DNA from: Leucoraja erinacea
Lineage: Eukaryota
Assembly (NCBI RefSeq): GCF_028641065.1
Contig: NW_026575328.1
Span: 1 to 53,934 of the forward strand
DNA length: 53,934 nt
Direction: 5' to 3'
Each line of letters starts with the position of its first letter. Within the stretch, counting starts at the first letter, position 1. The notes under the pieces are model-generated. The model did no database searches. It was not told the DNA's origin and saw only the letters and a list, made by a program, of their open reading frames with translations. Below, in pieces: positions 48,301 to 53,934 of the stretch. A program made the position numbers and the translations under genes.

Positions 48301-51300
48301 ATTATACTTTGGTATCACAAGGGACGTTTCACACTAAAATTATTAGTTTTGCAAACACGAGAATGCACACAATCGCCATCTATAACACGCCAACAAAGTT
48401 ACAATGTATTCAATTTGGCTCCAATTACTCTTTGTTCCCCCCCCCCCTGCCGATCGCTCCGCACGCCGAGTTCCCCACGCCTCGATCCGCACGCCGGGAT
48501 TTACTTTTATTCTCTGCGGTGCATCCGGCACCTCGGCGGCCCATCCGACCACCTATACTCGACATCGTCCGCGACCGCGGCCGGGTCCTCTCTCGAAGGC
48601 CACAGGCATCCGCCGCCCGGCTTCTCAAGTTTTCGTTGTTAATCCATTGACAGATATAGAAGAGAACAGAAATGCTCCTATTTCTTCATTTATATTAAGA
48701 TAATATTTGTATACGCGAGTAAAGATGTTTTTTGCAATTATATTGGATGTTGATGAAACCTCACCGACAGACATGAGTACACTTTATAACTACAATGAAG
48801 ATTACCATCGCCAAAACCTCCCTCTTCATATGTAGCCAGTTATCACTTGCTAGGCTGTGTCCCTCCTCAACCGTCATTGCCACCCCCTCCTCCCGCTAAT
48901 ACAATAGTTCTGCATAAGAATCCCGACAGTAAACGTCGCCGGTTGTCTGCCTCCACAGATGCTGCCTGACCCGCTCAGTTATTGGTGCATTTTAGGTTTT
49001 GTTTAATACAAATGTATAGTTGTTGTCGAGTGCGTGAAGATGCTCTGAACAGTTCCAATAATGACAGTCCAGCGAACGCAGCTGTTGTTGCGGGAGCCCC
49101 GGACAAACAGGCCACCAATCTGTGACCTCATAAACTAAATTTAACTAACTTAACTAAAACAGACAAAAGAAAACAACAACAAAAAAAAGAAAAACAAACG
49201 GACTGCTGGCGAACCGCAGCTGACAGGCAGCGCCGCCACTTCCGGTTTTCCCCTGACTGAAGAATCTCGGACCAGGGGTCGCAGTTTAATGCATATATTA
49301 TTTAGTACTGAGACGAGGAAGAGTTCCTCATCTAGGTTATGGAGAAACCTTCGAATCCCATCCCCCCCCCCCCCCCCCCCCCCCCCCCCCGCCTTCCACA
49401 CCCTTCACGGGCATGGACATTCAGTCACTGTGTACATTAAATCAAAAAATCAATAGATTTCAATAGTTAATCAAAAATCAATAGATTTCAATAGTTATTC
49501 AAAAATCAATAGATTTTAAAATTGTCAAGCTGATTCACTGACCTGAAATATTAATTCAGTTTCTCTCTCCACAGATGCTGTCTGATCAATCTAACCACAG
49601 AAAACGACACAGAATGCTGGAGTAACTCAGCGGGTCAGGCAGCATCTCTGGAGTAAATGAATCGGTGACGTTTCGGGTCAGGTCCATATATCAGTCTGAA
49701 GAAAGGTCCAGGGTTGAAACGTCACCATGTTCTCCAGAGATGTTGCTTGACCCGTTGAGTTATACCAGCACTTTGTATCTTTTTAGTAAACCAGCGTCTG
49801 TAATTGCTTGTAGTACCAAGGTAGTTATATCAGTTAATGTGACGTTCACAGTGCTATCGTGGAGACTTGTTTTCACCATTCAATACTGAATATTTGCAAT
49901 ATTAACCCACCATTTATCACCCATTTGAAGCCCTTCAGCACTTGGCCCAATGAAGTGATACACACTCTTTGCAAATAAACATACAAGTGTATGGATTTTA
50001 GGCGGTCTGGCGTTAATTCCTATCACTGTGATAATTATTGTACATGGTTTTTTTTTTAATGTCCCTTTTTGTATTCCTTGAACACGCGAAACATTCTACT
50101 GTTTAGTCTCACCGGCATCAATACATCTGCAGATCAGCGGTCTACATCATCGGTATCCCCCTCTTTGTGACAATCTGGTTTGACCACTCTCATTCTATAT
50201 TCAGTCCCACAGACGTTCCCGTTACGATCTTGTGCATGCCACTTGGATTGAAAACCCTTGCCTTGTTAGTGATGTGCTTCGTTTTATATTGTGACAAAGT
50301 GAGGTATGTAACATTATAAATATGCTTGCCTCTAAGTGACTAAACATAAATAACGGTGAAGCTCTTTATGTGTCGGGAAGTGATTCATTTACTCGATGGC
50401 ATCCCAGGTGAACCAAGTATTTGTTGCAAATATTGTCACATGATAAAGAACTGTTTATTATATTGTAGTTGACTGCAGAAATTTGCTGTTCGGACATTTC
50501 CAGTTACCCTTTCCAAATTACAATGGTGATGTACTTCAAACAGTTTAAAAAAGCTTTTGAGCACTTTGGGATATTTGCCATGTTGAATGAATCTGATAAA
50601 GGCGAGCATAGAATGCGTGCCCGGCAGAATCACTGACGCCGCGCAGGAGCAGTACACATGCGCACTGTTTGTCTCCTCATCTCAAATGAACTAATATGAG
50701 GAGGCCTAACTGCATCCCCAGCTGGGATCAGCCAACTCAGTTCAAACCAAGAATAGATCTGTTGTCCTGGTCTACACAGTCCGGCTCCCCGAGACAAAAC
50801 TTCGCTCACATGTTATGGTCACGGTTCAGTCTCCAAAACCATTTTTCTACTCTGTCTTCCATAGAAACATAGAAATATAGAAAATAGGCGCATATGTTGG
50901 CTATTCGGCTCCTCGAGCTCCCACGTCGTTCAATGTGATCATGACTGATCATCAAAAATCAGAGCCCTGTTCCCGCTTTCTCCCCACATCCCTTGATTCC
51001 TTTAGCCTAAGATCTATATCATGTTCCCTCTTGATAGCATTCAGCGAATTGGCCTCCGCTGCTTTCTGTGGCAGATAATTGCACAGATTCACAACTCTCG
51101 GGGTGAATACGTTTTTCCTTATCTCAGTCCCATATTGCCTACCCCTTATTCTTAAACTGTGACCCTTGGTTCTGGACTGTCCCAACTCGGTGAACATTTT
51201 TCCTGCATCTACCCTGTCCAATTCCTTAAGAATGTCATATGTTCCTATGAGATCTCCTCTCTCCCTTGTAAATTCCAGTGAATATAAGCCCAGTCGATTC

Positions 51301-51812
51301 ATTCTTTCCAGTTTAATCTGCAAGGTTATGATTTCGCGTTTCCAATTTCAGTCCGTTCTTGATCTCCAATAATATGCTTTTGCTTCGCATTTTAGATTTG
51401 TAAACCAAACTCACTCTATCCCCCGGTAAAATCCTGGACGTGCACGTTAGTTGTGTATGTCGTACTGGTTATCGTCGAAACAAAATGTTTCACCTTCCAC
51501 TGGTCGATATTAATCTGTACCTGCCATTCGCTTCCCAATTCACCATCAGATCAATATCATCCTGTAGCCTAGGCGTATCTCCTCACTATCACACCGCCAA
51601 TATCATCAACGATGTTGAGCGTATGCAATTCCGTGTTAAACGCAAATGTTGTGTTGCAGTAAAATGTACGGTCTACAGAGTTCAGTTGAAGCCTCGATCG
51701 AAACCCCGTTAGTGCTACCTACTGATGGAGAGAGTAGCGGTCTTATTGCACCTTTAAGCTGTCTTGTTTTAATTGGTCTTGTTTCGTCCACTGCAGAAAG
51801 GGTAGAGGCTGA
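33531..51812 (+). CDS. SIGLEC15-like: Gene B: Siglec-15-related activating receptor (SP-V-V-TM[Lys]-short tail), 318 aa; join(33531..33591, 37353..37739, 39925..40326, 50213..50303, 51797..51812)
   Basis: Spliced 957 nt is open; GT-AG introns; D1 has YRCRVEL (essential Arg kept). Caveats: the exon-2 acceptor is weak and there is an N-gap in intron 3, although intronic homology to gene A is colinear on both sides of the gap. Confidence 0.78.
33787..34100 (+). mobile_element. HE1-like SINE
   Basis: tRNA-like head, GGGCCGAAGGGCCTGTTTCC tail and (CTAAA)n. Confidence 0.8.
34980..35295 (-). mobile_element. HE1-like SINE
   Basis: Reverse-complement head GGGCGGCACGATGGCGCAG. Confidence 0.7.
35722..36503 (+). 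mobile_element. GC-rich non-autonomous retroposon with ATTAAA and (TATCTTG)n tail, inserted in a CR1 3' fragment (35610..36625)
   Basis: CR1 sequence resumes after the tail; TAAAT on both sides; related pieces at about 16192..16345, 49020..49245 and 52240..52660. Confidence 0.6.
36900..37346 (+). mobile_element. Degraded CR1 fragment abutting gene B exon 2
   Basis: GTATGGAACAAGCTGCCAGAGGAGGT CR1 motif; the 3' end is missing. Confidence 0.75.
37353..37739 (+). CDS. Gene B exon 2, Siglec-15-like V-set domain D1
   Basis: cag|ACTTTTCG at the position homologous to gene A's acceptor; donor AGAG|gtgagg; 387 nt; within ORF 37307..37756. Confidence 0.88.
39925..40326 (+). CDS. Gene B exon 3, second V-set domain D2
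   Basis: Acceptor tccttcactcag|CTGC, donor GCTG|gtaaga, 402 nt; within ORF 39903..40508. Confidence 0.92.
40501..47800 (-). mobile_element. Near full-length CR1 LINE (repeated 5' UTR, ORF1 with Cys knuckle and SGNH-esterase GDS motif, degraded ORF2), split by a Rex1 element
   Basis: ORF2 fragments 40587..43370; ORF1 remnant [13 protein letters not shown] at about 46910..46955; 5' UTR repeats at 47580..47650 and 47729..47793. Confidence 0.9.
43398..46470 (-). mobile_element. Rex1/Babar-clade LINE with an 860-aa open EN+RT ORF (43621..46203); frameshift near 46270 upstream
   Basis: [48 protein letters not shown] and [11 protein letters not shown] motifs; upstream [11 protein letters not shown]; AATAAA plus (CATAT)n tail. 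Confidence 0.92.
47872..48300. repeat. (TGAA)n/(TTAA)n simple-repeat array spanning an assembly gap (N 48032..48183)
   Basis: Read directly. Confidence 0.95.
49440..49517. repeat. About 2.7 copies of a 29-bp tandem repeat ATCAAAAATCAATAGATTTCAATAGTTA
   Basis: Read directly. Confidence 0.85.
50213..50303 (+). CDS. Gene B exon 4, transmembrane exon with Lys ([30 protein letters not shown])
   Basis: In frame from the acceptor cccacag|AC; donor GTGAG|gtatgt; K at 50251..50253. Confidence 0.82.
50861..51310 (-). mobile_element. CR1 3' fragment
   Basis: ORF 50952..51323 (RLGLYSLEF...RTKGHSLRI) and tail. Confidence 0.85.
51797..51812 (+). CDS. Gene B terminal coding exon (R-KGRG-stop)
   Basis: Acceptor tttcgtccactgcag|AAAGGGTAGAGGCTGA; AATAAA downstream at 52085..52090. 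Confidence 0.75.
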
Positions 51813-53318
51813 GCCATCGCAGGAAGTTACAAAGAACATTTTCCGACCACAATGTACACCATCTCCCTCCCATAAGATCCGATCTACGACGAATTTGCGA
51901 TTACAATCATTAGTTTTATCCTATGATATCAACTGAGAACCTCATCCCGTTGATAATCCCGAGAGCAACTTCCCTGTGCCACTTTGAGGGAATAGCTCAA
52001 TCCTCTGTGTGCCTCTACAAAGCATTTTCTCGCGAATCACCTGCATGCTTAACTTTCCTCAAATGTTGCAAAACATACTTGGCTAATAAAGTATTACTGT
52101 GATTGTGATTGATTGTGATTTGCGTTATTGATGTCTATACAGACGGCAGTGGGAAGAGCTGTGCGTTGCCGCGATCCGACGTTCCACTGCCGCCAGTGTC
52201 TACAGTAGTCCATTATTGTGTCCGGTACTGAGAGGAAATGTTAATGTCGTGAAATAACGAGAGAGGGCGGCACGGTAGAGCAGACCAAGGGCCCACCAGC
52301 TCTACGAAAGTCCGCAGGTTTCCGCGGTTGGAGCTCCCGAGGTCGATCCCTGGCGAAGGGATCGCGAGCTCGGCGGTTTTAAGTCCTGGTTTGGAGACCC
52401 CAAAGTCGATCCCCAACAAGAGGCCTCCAGTTCATCGATATTATGCCGCAGTGCGGGGATAGGATAGGGAAGAAATCGTCTCTCCGTCGGGGAAGAGATT
52501 TAAAAAATGTTTACCCCAACCTCCGCCCCCTCCCACCATTACCACACACACTTAATACAAAAATAATGGTTCACTAAATCATACATTGAGCAACAGACTA
52601 ATAAACAACAAAGAAGGAGCAAGACGAGGAAGGCCGTTGCGAGGCAGGCATAGTAACGCGCCACCTGGTGTCATGTATTTCTTCATGCCTGTTAAAAACC
52701 CGCGCGAGCGTTATAGGCTGTGAGCCGAGGAGCTTTATTCTACTGTATCGTGACCCAAGTCACAAAACTACATGAAATATTCACATATTGTGTAAAAATA
52801 TCATATAAATAACCCCTAAAACTCGTCAAGGACAAGACTTGCACATTTGTTTTTATTAAATTAGAGAAAAACCGGAAAATTCTCGAGTATTTTTAGTTCA
52901 ATCTAAGCACGTTTGACATTGACTCGGACGCCAGTTGGCCAATCACGCGCTTTGTTTCAGGCTGGCTAGGCAGGGCGTACACAACATGGCTGAGAGTACT
53001 GTTTTACTGGAGATTCCGATGAAGGTTCTTTCTAGTTCTGTGGAATAAATGTCGTGGAAACTTGCAGGAGGGTAATTGCATTTAGTGAGAAAAGCATTAA
53101 GAGGTCTGAAGAATGTGCAGCTAAGTGGATAGAAGTGGAAGAAAGTCTAGAAAGCAAAGTCGCTGCTGAGATGCTGCAACACAAAGTTGTGAAACCAGTC
53201 AAACTTTGTGAATCACCGAACTGAAAGGTAAGATCTAAAGTCTGAATCTATGAAATGTAATCTGTATTGACTTTAATTGCACCCTTTATAATGTGAACAA
53301 ATTAGATTTGGAGGCAGT

Positions 53319-53934
53319 ACATTCACTCATTCATTCATTCACTCATTCCTCATTCACTCGTCCACTCATTCACTGATTCACTCACTCATTCATTAATTCA
53401 TTCACTCACTCACTCAATCATTCACTCATTCACTCACTCATTCATTCACTCACTCACTCACATTCATTCACTCATTCAATCACTCATTCATTCATTCAAT
53501 CATTCGTCCATTCNNNNNNNNNNNNNNNNNNNNNNNNNNNNNNNNNNNNNNNNNNNNNNNNNNNNNNNNNNNNNNNNNNNNNNNNNNNNNNNNNNNNNNN
53601 NNNNNNNNNNNNNNNNNNNNNNNNNNNNNNNNNNNNNNNNNNNNNNNNNATCATTCATTCATTCATACATGCATACATTCAATCACGCATTCATTCATTA
53701 TTCAATCATTCATGCATCCAATCATACATCCATTCTTTCATTCATTCATTCATTCATTCATGCATTCAATCATTCATTCGTTCATTCGTTCATGCATTCA
53801 TCAATCATTCAATCAATTTAATCATACATGCATTCATTCATTAATACATTCATTCATTCATCATACTTTCAATCATACATTCATTCATTCATGCATGCAT
53901 TCATTCACTCATGCATGCATTCATCCATTCATTC
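53319..53934. repeat. (CATT)n/(CACT)n simple-repeat array with an assembly gap (N 53514..53649)
   Basis: Read directly. Confidence 0.95.

Noticed and set aside
49440-49517. 29-bp repeat resembling a CRISPR array
   Set aside because: No spacers; a simple tandem duplication in eukaryotic DNA
14814-51812. Calling either gene the true SIGLEC15 orthologue
   Set aside because: No C2-set domain, no Tyr-motif tail, duplicated, and no synteny visible; only a Siglec-15-like call is supported

Overview
Repeat-dense vertebrate genomic DNA, most likely a cartilaginous fish (skate/ray-type CR1 LINEs and HE1-like SINEs; inferred), with two N-gaps. The main content is a head-to-head (inverted) pair of paralogous five-exon Ig-superfamily receptor genes, reconstructed by hand from splice sites. 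Gene A is on the minus strand (ATG 27719 to stop 14814, 314 aa). Gene B is on the plus strand (ATG 33531 to stop 51812, 318 aa). Both encode a signal peptide, a Siglec-15-like V-set domain, a second V-set domain in place of the C2-set domain of true Siglec-15, a transmembrane helix with a central Lys (DAP12-type activating receptor) and a tail of only a few residues. Gene B keeps the essential sialic-acid-binding Arg; gene A has Gln there. The TM exons have tandem acceptors whose in-frame choice is opposite in the two paralogues. The first 12 kb is a triple-nested, same-strand L1 cluster with a clear 18-bp target-site duplication (TSD). Introns are filled with CR1, Rex1/Babar, Penelope remnants and SINEs, and a probable solo LTR lies between the two promoters.
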